DNA of 64,000 bases from Eledone cirrhosa. Lineage: Eukaryota. The stretch lies in the NCBI GenBank assembly GCA_964016885.1, contig OZ024746.1, forward strand, positions 27,342,001 through 27,406,000, given 5' to 3'. The notes beneath the pieces are model-generated. The model saw only the letters and a program-made list of their open reading frames with translations, made no database searches and was not told the DNA's origin. This document shows positions 40,000 to 53,410 of this stretch, piece by piece. The translations under genes and the position numbers were made by a program. Every line of letters begins with the position of its first letter. Within the stretch, counting starts at the first letter, position 1.

Positions 40000-40152
40000 T
40001 GTATGTATGTATGTATGTATGTATGTATGTATGTATGTATGTATGTATGTATGTGTGTATGTGTGTGTGCATGTATATATGCATGTATGTGTGTGTATGT
40101 ATGAATGTATGTATGTGTGTATGTATGTATGCATGTAAGTATGTATGAATGC

Positions 40153-40185
<33 letters not shown>

Positions 40186-40322
40186 TGTATGTATGTATGT
40201 ATGTATGTATGTATGTGTGTATGTGTGTATGCGTGTGTTTGTGCATGTATATATGCATGTATGTGTGTGTATGAATGTATGTATGTGTGTATGTATGTAT
40301 GCATGTAAGTATGTATGAATGC

Positions 40323-40355
<33 letters not shown>

Positions 40356-40496
40356 TGTATGTATGTATGTATGTATGTATGTATGTATGTGTGTATGTGT
40401 GTGTGTGTGCATGTATATATGCATGTATGTGTGTGTATGTATGTATGAATGTATGTATGTGTGTATGTATGTATGCATGTAAGTATGTATGAATGC

Positions 40497-40529
<33 letters not shown>

Positions 40530-41010
40530 TGTATGTATGTATGTATGTGTGTATGTGTGTGTGTGCATGTATATGTGCATGTATGTGTGTGTATGTATGT
40601 ATGAATGTATGTATGTGTGTATGTATGTATGCATGTAAGTATGTATGTATGTATGTATGTATGTATGTATGTATGTATGTATGTATGTATGTGTGTATGT
40701 GTGTGTGTGCATGTATATATGCATGTATGTGTGTGTATGTATGTATGAATGTATGTATGTGTGTATGTATGAATGTATGTATGTGTGTATGTATGCATGT
40801 AAGTATGTATGAATGCATTTATGTATGTATGTATGTGTGTATGTATGTATGTATGTATGTATGTATGTATGTATGTATGTATGTATGTATGTATGTATGT
40901 ATGTGTGTATGTGTGTGTGTGTGCATGTATATATGCATGTATGTGTATGTATGTATGTATGAATGTATGTATGTGTGTATATATGTATGCATATAAGTAT
41001 GTATGAATGC

Positions 41011-41043
<33 letters not shown>

Positions 41044-41822
41044 TGTATGTATGTATGTATGTGTGTGTGTATGTATATATGTATATAAGTATGTATATGT
41101 CAGGTCACCACTTGGTGCTACTGGTAACATGTATCCCAGTACAACCTGTCTCATGGTCGGGTCGTTGGCGACTAAACTGGCAACCCCACCAAGGTTTCTT
41201 GGTGAGGAGGGTGACTTTGGACATCCTGCAGGACTAAAAACAAAACCTGTCAAAGGGCAAAGGAGCTCTTAAGAGTCAATGGCCATCCAAAATCACTGGG
41301 AGAGATGACCCCTTAGCCTTTGTCAAGGCAGAATTCTAGGAGAAGGAAAACTCTGATATAACACCTGCAACCCTGATGGTATCCAATGATGTTGACTTGT
41401 TCTTCTTTTTGGTAAATATCATCTTGGTTAAGAGAGTGGGACTGGCTTTGTGCAGTGCCTTTGCTCACTATAAAAACTTCACGGCACAGGCATTGCTTTA
41501 TATCTGGAGATCTCTCTGCACTTGTCGTCACATGGTACCATGGGCCCAGCACTATGTGTCAATAATTGTCACATGTGTAGTGTTTGTACCGGGGTTTTCA
41601 AGTCGCTGGCTGGACTGAAAAGTCACACTCGTTCAGCGCATCGGTAGGGGTCCTCCTACATGGATATAAAGTAGTGGCCGTACTCGAAAACGAGTTGGCA
41701 GCCACCATGTATGTATGTATGTGTGTATGTGTGTATGTGTGTGTTTGTGCATGTATATATGCATGTATGTATGAATGTATGTATGTGTGTATGTATGTAT
41801 GCATGTAGGTATGTATGAATGC

Positions 41823-41855
<33 letters not shown>

Positions 41856-42000
41856 TGTATGTATGTATGTATGTATGTATGTATGTATGTATGTGTGTAT
41901 GTGTGTGTGTGTGCATGTATATATGCATGTATGTGTATGTATGTATGTATGAATGTATGTATGTGTGTATATATGTATGCATATAAGTATGTATGAATGC

Positions 42001-42033
<33 letters not shown>

Positions 42034-42265
42034 TGTATGTATGTATGTATGTATGTATGTATGTGTGTGTGTATGTATATATGTATATAAGTATGTATGT
42101 GTGTATGTATGTATATAAGTATGTATGTATGTGTGTATATAAGTATATATGTATGTATGAATCTATGTATGTATATATGTTTGTATGTATGAATATACGT
42201 CTGTATGTATGTACATAAGGATGTATGTTTGTATGTATGTTTGTATGTATGTGTGTATGTATGTA
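39723..42265. repeat. (TATG)n array with ~130-190 bp higher-order unit, interrupted by an RTE-derived element
   Basis: Recurring block gtgtgcatgtatatatgcatgtatgtgtgtg...gaatgtatg...gcatgtaagtatgtatgaatgcatat. Confidence 0.9.
41099..41706 (+). mobile_element. Bipartite RTE-derived non-autonomous element (5'UTR fused to C-terminal zinc finger and 3' end)
   Basis: RTE-5'UTR-like ctaggagaaggaaaactctga; encodes CSVCTGVFKSLAGLKSHTRSAH*; terminal CTCG-aaaa-CGAG hairpin; (ATGT)n tail. Confidence 0.75.
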
Positions 42266-42540
42266 TTAATACACATACATATCTTTCATTATCAACGTAC
42301 ACACACCTGTGTATATACATATTTATATACATATTTATGCATACATACGTACATTCATACAAACACACATACATATTCAATATTCCAATATATACATTTT
42401 CAAGAACGCGTACGTATGTATATTTATGCAACATATTTAAAAACATTTCTATGCATACCTCTAATATATATAATATATCTGTGCATGTATTCACTCACAA
42501 ACACACATATACACACAAGCACCCGCACTCACTCACCTGT

Positions 42541-42583
<43 letters not shown>

Positions 42584-42975
42584 CTGATATACACATATAT
42601 ATATTTATACTGACATACATATTCAAATTTCCAATAGACACATATTCTCATACTGGCATCAATGTGCACATCTGTAACTCTTTTCGGCATACATTAAAAA
42701 TAATATCTCTGTATGTATACAACAAATATATGTGTGTTTATGTATACAACAAATATATGTATGTATGTATACAACAAAGAACGATTCTATTTCCTGCAGA
42801 TAATTTCAAAATATCGACCTGAAGTATATATCGCAACAAATCTTTAATCATTTTTTTTTCTTCGCAAAAATACATTAAGCTACAAATTCGGTTAGTGCAA
42901 AGACATTATATACATACTAACATACATACATATATACTTACATGCATACATACACATATACATACATACATACAT

Positions 42976-43386
42976 GGTGGCTGCCAACTCGTTTTCGAGT
43001 ACGGCCACTACTTTATATCCATGTAGGAGAACCCCTACTGATGCGCTGAACAAGTGTGACTTTTTAGTCCAGCCAGCGACTTGAAAACTCTGGTACAAAC
43101 ACTACACTTGTGACAATTACTGACACATAGTGCTGGGCCCATGATACCATGTGACGACAAGTGCAGAGAGATGTCCAGATATAAAGCAATGCCTTGTGCC
43201 GTGAAGCTTTTATAGTGAGCAAAGGCACTGCACAAAGCCAGTCCCACTCTCTTAACCCAAGATGATATTTACCAAAAAGAAGAACAAGTCAACATCATTG
43301 GATACCAGCAGGGTTGCAGGTGTTATATCAGAGTTTTCCTTCTCCTAGAATTCTGCCTTGACAAAGGCTAAGGGGTCATCTCTCCC
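42976..43386 (-). mobile_element. 5'-truncated copy of the bipartite RTE-derived element
   Basis: High-identity reverse complement of 41298-41706; ORF 43035-43247 ends CSVCTRVFKSLAGLKSH. Confidence 0.8.
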
Positions 43387-43510
43387 GGAGATACATACAT
43401 ACATACATACATACATACATACATACTCATATATATATAAATTTACAAACACACAAATATATATATATAGTATATTCATATAAATAATAAATATTTATGC
43501 GCTATATATG

Positions 43511-43548
<38 letters not shown>

Positions 43549-45348
43549 CACACGCAGATCGACATGCTGTTGTTGTTCTAAATGTTTTTGCCAACGTTTT
43601 CTGGGTTTTATCATGAAATATATGTCTATTAACGTAAACATAAATGTTGCTTTTCACAATAAAATACATGGCCGTTCCTTTTGGTTTGCATAGATGACAA
43701 TTACTAATCTTTTTATTATGATGAGGCTTGGAAAACTTTTAAAAATATAAAATTTGATATAATTCGCCGATAAACTAAAACATAGAATATATTAACTTAT
43801 ACAAATGAACAGTAGACTTGCACACAAATTGTCTATGTTAACAGGCTTGGGTAAGTATATAAAATTATATCGTAATATTTTACTATAGATACATTTTGTG
43901 ATGAAATGATAAAGTGAATCATTCCTGAAATTCCAGTGCCTGGATGGATTTCTTACGCTGTTACTGTGGTAGCTGTGATATGATCACAACTTAAAAATAC
44001 TCCCAACGAGACTGTGTATCGTTAAATCTATATTATATACTTCCATATACGCCTCTATACCGAATCACGATGTTTTAATTCTATCGCGAAATAGAATAAT
44101 GTAATTCAAGAATATCCTAGCAAAACCTTTAAAGAATGTAACTTGATATAACGTATGGGGTGTTGACAAAGTTTATTAAAATGATTAATTATTTATACAT
44201 TAATTTCACCACAAAGAATATGGTCGAATATTTTGTGAAAATGTATTTAGGTACTTCATCTATCTGGAAACTAGTGATCCAGCAGACATAAGCTTATGCT
44301 TATTTCCCCTGGTGTTAATCAACTGAATTTAAATGATTAAATACCTAGCCACGAGACAGTGCTCCAGTCCGTCTTAAGTTTAACCCACAGTTATTGCAGG
44401 TCCTAATTTCCTTCAGCTGAGTGGCTTAGAGCAACGTAAAATATATTAACTTCTTCAAAGAAACAACTTACCACGTTGTGATACAAAATGTTTGAAGACA
44501 TGAAAATATAAAAAAATATAAACGACACAAAAACCGAACTGAAAATTACTTCTGCATATACACTTTAAGTCTAATTTTTATTTCATAAACGAAATACAAA
44601 ATGAGGAACTCACCGTTTCATTCGGTAATAAGAAACATTAATTTTTAAAATATATTTAAAACTACTGGAAGCAAAATTAAATGAAGGGAATATCTTCTGA
44701 TCGTACAATTCTTTGCACAATATAAAATACTTTTCTCAGTTTACTTTTGCTTCTGAAATTTCTGCAAACTAACGTTTGATGTTTATTTTTAATTCAATTT
44801 AGCATAGAAATATTTTCTTTTCCTGATAGGAAAAAATACTAATGAATACTATTGTTAAAACATTTTTTTATTTCCATTTCAACATTATTATGTTTGTTGT
44901 TGTCTATCTTCGTTTTCAGTGTTGTCACCTCGTACTATCATTCATTTTACTTTTCGTTGTTCGCAAAATACACCAAGAGACTCCATTCTTCAAAAGAAAT
45001 TTAGTACATTTTGGAAAGTATGCATAAAATATTCAAGATAAACAAATAATGTGAGAGAATGCCCTAACAGTAATTACATATCCTAGTACTACTTACATAC
45101 TTGAAGCATTATCAGGCTTATTAGGTACTTCTTAGATTATGCTCAAATTGTTAAGATATTCGCCTCACAATCATTCGTACGGGGTTCGACTCCACAGCTT
45201 AGCAAACTCTATTTACCACAGCTTTGGGTCGAGTCAAGCCTTGAGAACGAAATTGGATGGACAGAATCTATTGGAAAGTTCGTTTGATTAACTGAGCTGT
45301 ATCGCACACTGCCATACTGAATCTCCCTGAGAATGACGTTATGCTTAC

Positions 45349-48300
45349 CTGTCTTTGTAGAATACACCGTCACACACGTTAATTTCACAATCTGCTTATT
45401 CCGTTGAGGGAACAGATGGAATATTCGTCGTCGCAACCGACGCTGATCCAGCCCAGCCTCCCTGCCCACCTATTTTGTGGTCTCCCTATTCGCCGAAGTT
45501 CTATATCTTAGCACTATCAATTTCCAGACTGGTGGACATTTATTCTGGAAAGAATTAAATCGTTTGTGTAGGCCTATTTAGAGTGGCTTTATTAGGTTCT
45601 TGTACTTTTGTCAGGGTTAGGGCATCATAATAAAATGTGTTGTATTGTTTTAGAAAATATAGCGCTCCAACCAGATATTTATTTTCTACACTTTTGATAG
45701 TCTATATGCTCATATCCATCCATGTACTTGTGACAGACTGATTCTAGATCACAAATGGTATTTCTCTTCTGTTGCCCCAGTCAGAATGTATTTATTCATC
45801 CAAGACAGAAAACATATTTTATTTATATCAGGGAAATGGGAATGCTTGCATTTCAGTGGTTCGATAAGTTGTGTCACTACAATCGTCAACGCTTATTGCT
45901 AAGTATAATAAAATATTTTATAACTATCATTATTAGAGAGCCAGAAACTCATAAACGATTAATAAATGCTTTGCATTCAGTCACAAATATTTGTGTATGT
46001 TGATGTTTGAACACAATTGCACTGTACTTCCATAAAGCTATTATGACATAAGTGTAAGCGCATATTACGTCATTATTACTATTAGCCAAGGACAAAACTA
46101 TCTGCAATTCTTACATGCATTACGAGATGTCTGCATCAAGAGTGGAAGAGTGTGTTGCAAAATACAGCACCCCTTCCTTGCAGATGCTGTTTCCTTCTAT
46201 GCAGACATGTTATGGCACCATGCAACGTCTAAACATCACTCTCAACTAATGAGAGAATGATAGTAACTTTTATTTACGGCTCTTTACGTTTATATGTATG
46301 TACATTTTATACATATGTCCAACTATAACGTATATCTCAGGGAGATTCAACATGAGTCCAAATCTCGCCGAAGTCAACTTTGTCTTCCGCCATTCCGCGG
46401 CGATAAAATAAAGTATTAGTGAACTATTGGAGTCGATATAATCAACTTACCTTTCTCACCAAAACTACTGGCCATATGCCTAAATTTGAAACCACAATCT
46501 CTACTAACCGTAAGCAAGTTATTAACAAAACCACATTTCCTCACAGATCTGTTGATGTAGCTATATTTTTAATACTTTTAATTTAACAGGCTTCACACCT
46601 GATCAATACGATATTTAATGTGGTTCTAAGCTTTTAAATTTATTTTACATTTATTACATTAAATCTAATAAAAGAAAACAATTTCAAAAATTGGTTCTAC
46701 AACTAATTAATTAATATCAGCAGATATATTTTAACTTATCGCTGCTCTCACCACATATTTCCTTATTTTATTTTAGTGAGCTTTGAAGATGCGACTTTCT
46801 ATTTGCAACATTTGCTACTTTTACTTCAAATACATAATCAAATGTTTAATTAAAATCATCCTCGTTGCTTCAGTCAATACATAATGTTTCCTTGATGTTT
46901 GCATCTTTTGAACACACACAGTATAAAAGTCAGTTAAACTTATTTATATATTTATTTATCAAATTAATAGTGTAATTTAAATCAAAAGTAGTATCTTTAA
47001 ATAAATAAACTACCGCATACGTTATGCTGAAATACATTTCAACCCAATTGCTTCCGTATATTAAACATATTTAAACCTAGCAACATGTAAAATATAAATG
47101 AAGATATAAATTGTTACAAGTAGGATTAAAATAAATTGGTAAAAGTAAAAGAAAAAATGGTTCATATGTACAGAATATTAACTGTGAATATGCTTTATAA
47201 AAATAATGAATTAATTACATCAGTATTTACAATTTTGAAATATTTTGATAACCTATAGATTTTGATATTTAGTAAATGTTTTTCTCGGCAACAAATTATA
47301 ATTAGTTAATCAGACAATGGAAATAGAAGCTGTGAGTAATATTTTTCATTTTACAGCGGCTTTATTTTTAGAGCTTGTAGAGGTGAGACGACGCTTGGGG
47401 CGTATTCCAGTTTTCTGCATGTTAGTTGACAGAGAGGGCAAAACCATTCTCTTCCGTATGGTGCAGGACGATTGCCCTCTGTAAGGTACACACAATCTGC
47501 TGCTGGTAGTCATTTATATTTAACTGTGTATACTGCCGCAACTGGAAATAAAGTACCTGACCAAAGGACATAGTGCATGAAAACAGAGTGCAATGGTGCA
47601 ACGGTGACTAAAATATCTTTCTAAACAACAAATCGTACTTCTGTGTTTACATTCATATGTCCTAAAATCCTGATGCAGTTGTAGGGGTGCAGACTTAGCA
47701 TATGCCTTGCCCGTCTTGGATATAAAAACCTGGCGGTACTCTTCCTTGTCGAGGTCTGAGCACAGCCGATTTCTTCCAGAGAGAGAGAGGAGAAAAAGAG
47801 AGAAAGGAAGAATCACCTTCAGAATTGAGCTGCTACATGTATTAGCGAACGACAAATGATAAAAGTCAAAGTTGACCGAAGCAACATTTGAACTCACTGT
47901 GCAGAATGTTGGAACAAATACCGAAAAATACTTTATTTGATGTCCAAACGCCTCTGCCACTTCCCCGCCATAATAACCTTAATATTGGCTTCAAATGTCT
48001 TGATATGGCCTTTGATTAATATGTCTGCGATAAAGAGAGGCGGCACCTAACCTAAAAGAAAACTGGGTAAAATGCCAGAATTAGACTCTTATCTATAATT
48101 CATTCTTACCGATTAAATTGCAAACATAAAATTACAAACACAAAAATACCTAAACTTTGACACAGTCAAATAGATCTTTCTTCCTTCAGAATTCCTACAA
48201 CGGTCTGACTTAACATGAAAGATATTTCGGAATGATAGCAAAAGTATTTGTCTTTCTATAGTTACAATTATCAGGAAAGCTACGTCATCAACTATATCTG

Positions 48301-48890
48301 ATTTACACAATAGTAACTATTATAAAAGTAGTATGATTAAATTTGATATAATAATAATTATAATCATTGTTATGTTAACCTGGTCTTCAGTCTGCATCTC
48401 ATATAGACAATGTTTCATTATTTATTTTAAATTATGGCTATATAGGCAAAAGTATAAATATTGATTGTTGAGATTTAAATGGAGGCTTTCTAGATGAAAT
48501 GAGTGGGTAAATTGTGAGGGTAAATATCTTAGTGGGTTTGATGTTGGATTCACGATTGTAAATCTGGATTTCGATCCCCGGACCTCGCACCACGATGTAA
48601 CCATGACCAAGGCACTTTATCTCACGTTGAATCCAGTTACATTTAGCTACTATAAATGCACCTGTATTTGAAAGAGCTAGCGTTATCACAAACCTTGTGT
48701 AGATGCCTGTTGAATACTCAACCAGGCGCACGTTAATTCCATGGTCATGCTGTTCCGTTGGCCAAACAACTACAACACTCCTCGTCGGAACCGACGGTGG
48801 TCCAAAATAGGTAAAATTAGTTTTATTATCATAAACGGTCGAGTACTCAATTGGATTTCCCCGACAGAATGCTAAATGATTGTACTTCAT
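45349..48890 (-). pseudogene. Possible decayed multi-exon Cys-rich (EGF-repeat-like) gene or non-coding exons
   Basis: Higher-GC islands with minus-strand AG/GT borders at 45349-45544, 46115-46245 and 47651-47772, plus an acceptor at 47478; stops in the Cys-rich frames. Confidence 0.3.
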
Positions 48891-49663
48891 CTTTTATTGT
48901 ATTCATGCATCACCTCTTAACTTCTGATGGAATCGTAGTGACGCCTTCATGATATACACGACGTCTGTTGGTTTAAACGTGGCGAAGTCCTTCCATGCCC
49001 TTGTCTGAATACAACCCCCCCCCCATCGAAAGAGACGGAAAGAGAGAGAAAGAAAGAAATAGAAATAGATGAATGGATCCCAGTATTTAATTGTAGGATC
49101 CCAGTATTTCCTTATTTATAGATCGTGAAAGGATAAAAGGAGGCAAAGTTGATCTGAGTTAAATTTATAGATTTAAAATCAGAAGACAGAGGGGTGAGAT
49201 GAATAATGCGAAGCAATCCCTCTACGTACTAAATCCCTTCAACTTTGTTGATACGGACTCCAAACTTCATATACTGTTCTTCTTTGCTGTCCCCAACTGG
49301 AGTTATTTGAGGACTGGTACCTTGTCAGTTGTGTACATGGTTTCTGTGATTGTTGTACGGATTTCATTCGGCACCTTTAATGTATTTCTATATTGTATTT
49401 TATCAAACAAAACAAGGACTCATAAACACATATGAGAAAAAGGATTAAGATACAAGATATGAAGTTAGTATGTGTTACAGTAAGGTACTGGATACAGAGT
49501 CGATCGTATGAATTATGACCTCGAGCTGACCATTTGCGTAACAACTTTTTACGCCTGATGAAAAATAAAAATATGTCAAATTGAAACATGGTTCTGTTTC
49601 ACATAATGACACACTGATTGTGTGTGGAAAACAGATAATTATACTGGTGCCACAGCAATTAAC

Positions 49664-49753
49664 AGAGGGTTATCCATCGTCAGTTGTCTGCTAGGAATCA
49701 TAGGTATTTCTTCGCGATTCCTAGCAGACAACTGACGATGGATATTACCCTCT
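49664..49753. repeat. Inverted repeat with 29-bp perfect core arms and 16-bp loop
   Basis: tatccatcgtcagttgtctgctaggaatc / gattcctagcagacaactgacgatggata. Confidence 0.9.
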
Positions 49754-49822
49754 TTCGCCTGTAACTTTTATTTTCATTATATATATATATATATATATAA
49801 AATGAAAATAAAAGTTTGTATG

Positions 49823-50263
49823 TATGTATATTCTTCTGGTTTTATAATTTCACAAAGTTTTACCAATAGAGAGAGAGAGAGTCGGTTCCTAGCATAGGCA
49901 CAAGACTCTCTCATTGGAATTTACACAACATCAACTAGGTAGATATGTATGTATGCATGTGTAGATATGGATGTTATTGTATGTGTGGATGTGTATGTTT
50001 TGAGTTGTATGTGTGCATGTGTATATGCTTTGTATCGTATCTGTACATGTGTATATGCAGTTATTAGATGCAACATTTTTGGAATGTTTTACATATTTTT
50101 ACTGTTCCATTAATGGATTGTACTTGTAATTTCCTAACTAGTTGTGTATTTTCTGTTCCTGTGAAGCTCAGCTTCTCAAGATTTGTATTGAGGCAGTTAC
50201 TAACATATCCCAGTGCCCCAATAATCACAGGCATAAATCTGAAGGTGTAATCAGGGTGGAGTA
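49823..50263 (-). mobile_element. RLE retrotransposon family A, 5'-truncated copy with full 3'UTR
   Basis: 50052-50263 matches 25914-26128; flanked on both sides by (TATG)n. Confidence 0.88.
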
Positions 50264-51749
50264 TGTATGTATGTATGTATGTATGAATGTATGCATGTAT
50301 GTATGTATGGATGGATGGCTGGCTGGAGGGATGAACGTACGAACGTATTCAATTCCAAAATGAATACATCACAATGTGATTATCGTCAGCAGGTGTTTGC
50401 TACCGCGAGATGTCTCAGAAAGTACGTTTTAACTGACGATGGTAAATTTCTGATGAAAATTAATTCCCAGGATACCATATGTAGCAGGTGGCTATACAAC
50501 TGTTAAACATTTTAGAAAATTGTGAAGAAACCAACAAATTATATTATATATTGCTTTCTTTGAATTAAAGTGTATATCGGATTCAATTGAAACGTACGTC
50601 ATTTCAAGCTAAGATACTGCAGTGGAAGAAAGAATATATCGACCTAAATATCTCATTATTTCGCACTCAAATGAAATTTTAGAGATTAATTACTAAGAAT
50701 GTAGGCCGTTCAAACTAACAAACACGAACTCTCTCTCTCACTCACACACACACAAATACATACATACACACACACACACGCACGCACACACACACACGCA
50801 CGCACACACACACACATATATATATAATTCGTCGGACTTTTAAATTAGATTTTCACTCTGAAACTGGATCTACACTCGGAGTTTACCTGAACTTCCACCA
50901 GGAAATCGTTTCGTATCACTGATATTTTCTTTGATTCTTGCATTATTTAAATACACCATGACTCCCTATTACTTTTACTCCACTATACTCCTCTTACTTC
51001 CACTTTCTTCTTACCTTCATCATGCCCAATCTCAAATCTTTTCTCCTCCAGCTCCATTCCACTCTCAAATGCTTCCTACAACCTCTCCCCACTCCAATCC
51101 TCCTTGAATCTCTCAAACCTCATCTTCACCAAAACAAAATATAAGTCACATCACATTTTGAAGTCGCTGTCTCCATCCCCACCTCATCACCCGAGGTTTC
51201 CGTCTCAAGTTCCACCCCTCTCTTACTCCGCTCCCACCACTGAGCCCATCCTTACCTACTCCTCTCACCATCTCATGCGGGTGACTATCCGATCTACTTT
51301 GCCAAGCAGATCGATATATTAACCACTTATGGAAGAATACAGATTATAAAATTCTTTTAAATCAATTGGAAACCAAAGAGGTACTTCAAATTATTTTATT
51401 AATGTCTACACACGTTTCAACTGTAATATTATCACATGATTCTAAAGCGTTGTCTGGGGATTAATTCAGGATTTGGATGACGAGAGTCCCAATAAATACA
51501 AGAATCATAGTTAATACAATAAAGAAATTGTAGAGGTGTTTAAAAAATGTTTTTAAAGAAACACAGTGTAAGTTATTTTATCTCAGGGGACGCACAAACC
51601 AAACAGTTATTTAATTGTGCTAAATAACTCTGAATGTTTTTCAGCAATAAGAAGCTACGGGACTGTTCAGTTCTTTCAGTAGACATCTTTTAATGGGTGT
51701 AACGTGTTATTATTATCATTTAATTGCTGACAAATTATGAGAGATATCA

Positions 51750-52700
51750 AACTATGAAAAGGTTCGTTGTAATCGTTGACTTAATGACAAATCATGGTAT
51801 TTAATGATTGCACGGTCGTTTTTTGTCAAACTTCGCGAAGAGCTGGAAGCCGCTGAGGGGAAACCGGCAACAGTAGCTAAACGTAAACTTTTTGCTAATT
51901 GCCCTAATACTATCAGAACACCCAAATGTAATTGAATTTTATCGATAAGGACAGCAGAAAGTCAATTAGCCTTTTTAGTTAAGGAGCTCAAGGTTTCAAG
52001 ACGCACTATCGGAAGAATCGTGTATGAAGACCTTCGTCATATGTAATGCAGTGAGGCCATTTCCTCCCTGAAAACTTTTCAGATATCCCTCTGATCTGTG
52101 TAAAGAACTTGTTGAGCAAGTTGAACGATTAAGAGCCTGGAATGCTTTGCTTTTTCTCTGGTGAGAAAAACTTTATTCGGGACCGAAAGCTCACTCGAAG
52201 GAATGACAGGTGGTTGGGCAGAGACCCCCAAAACGTCTCAATGGTCATGCACACATAGTTTCCCGCACTCATTTCCTTATGCCTTAAAGATCATTGTTGA
52301 TATCTATAAGGTATTGGAGAGGGTTGTGGCGCCGTGGATAGAGAGCGCGAGCAAAGTAAGGCTGTGTAGCTAGAAACAAGAGTCTGCATTGTCACATAAG
52401 GCCAAGACGACCCAAGAATGGATGAGTTACAATCTCCATGATCCCGTCACTAAAAACATATGGCTTCATAGCTCTCCAGATCTTAATCTGTTGGACATAT
52501 GGAACACAGTCGTGAGGGAAGTCAGTCAAGGCCCCTATGACATCATACAATCTCTGAAGTCCGCCATAATTAGCACAATGTCGAAAATAGGTAAAGATCA
52601 TCAGATTCGGGCATATCAACATTTCATATCTCGTATTGAAGCAGTCATCAAAAGGTGGATTCATTCTGTATATCCTTCAAGAAGTGCCAATTTCTCTCAA
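51750..52700 (+). mobile_element. Decayed Tc1/mariner-superfamily transposase (maT/Tc1-like)
   Basis: SHKAKTTQEW...WLHSSPDLNLLDIWNTV...FISRIEAVIK; upstream HTH-like KELKVSRRTIGRIVYEDL. Confidence 0.8.
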
Positions 52701-52805
52701 ATAAAGCTTTTTTCAAGACATACGCCTTTTAGTCAAAGAACTGAGTAGACCTGCCTGTGTGTGGTGTGTGCACGCATATATGTATGTATGTAAGTATGTA
52801 TGTAT

Positions 52806-53340
52806 GTCGGGTCACTCTTGAGTGCTACTGGTAACATGTAACCCAGAACAATCTGTCGCATGGTCGGGTCGTCGGCGGCTAAACCGGCAACCCCCACCAA
52901 GTTTACTTGGTGAAGAGGGTGATTTTGGACACCCTGCAGCACAAAAAACAAAACCTGACAAAGGGCGGAAGAACTCATAAGAGTCAACGGCCATCCGAAA
53001 GTGTGTAAATATGTATATACACATGTACCGCGGTTAAACCACTGGGAGTGAAGGGCTCCTAGTCTTTGTCAGGGCATTCTTCTAGGAGAAGGCAACTCAG
53101 GAAACTGGGATAACTCCGATATAAAACCTGTGGCTCAGTAGTTACCGATGATGTTGATCTTTTCTTCTTTTCGGATTATAACTGTTGTGGCCCAGAGAGT
53201 GGGATTGGCTCAGTGCACATTCTTTGCTCACTTAAAAAAATATCTTCACGCACAGGCATTGCACGATAGAAGTAATTAATGATTATTAATAATGTTATAT
53301 CGTGCAATGACCATACTCGATAACGAGGGGGCAGCCATCA
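52806..53340 (+). mobile_element. Diverged second subfamily of the bipartite RTE-derived element, without the zinc finger
   Basis: Colinear with 41099-41495; same CTCG-N4-CGAG...gcagcca 3' end; (ATGT)n tail. Confidence 0.75.
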
Positions 53341-53410
53341 TGTATGTATGTATGTATGTATGTATGTATGTATGTATGTATGTATGTATGTATGTATGTA
53401 TGTATGTATG

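Noticed and set aside
41099-41250. Canonical HDV-like ribozyme at the RTE 5' end
   Set aside because: Could not place the L3/P1.1 consensus in any register by eye; kept only as a structured-leader hypothesis.
51395-51520. Hammerhead on the minus strand (GAAACgtgtGTAgac)
   Set aside because: Only the 3' half is present; the CUGANGA half was not found.
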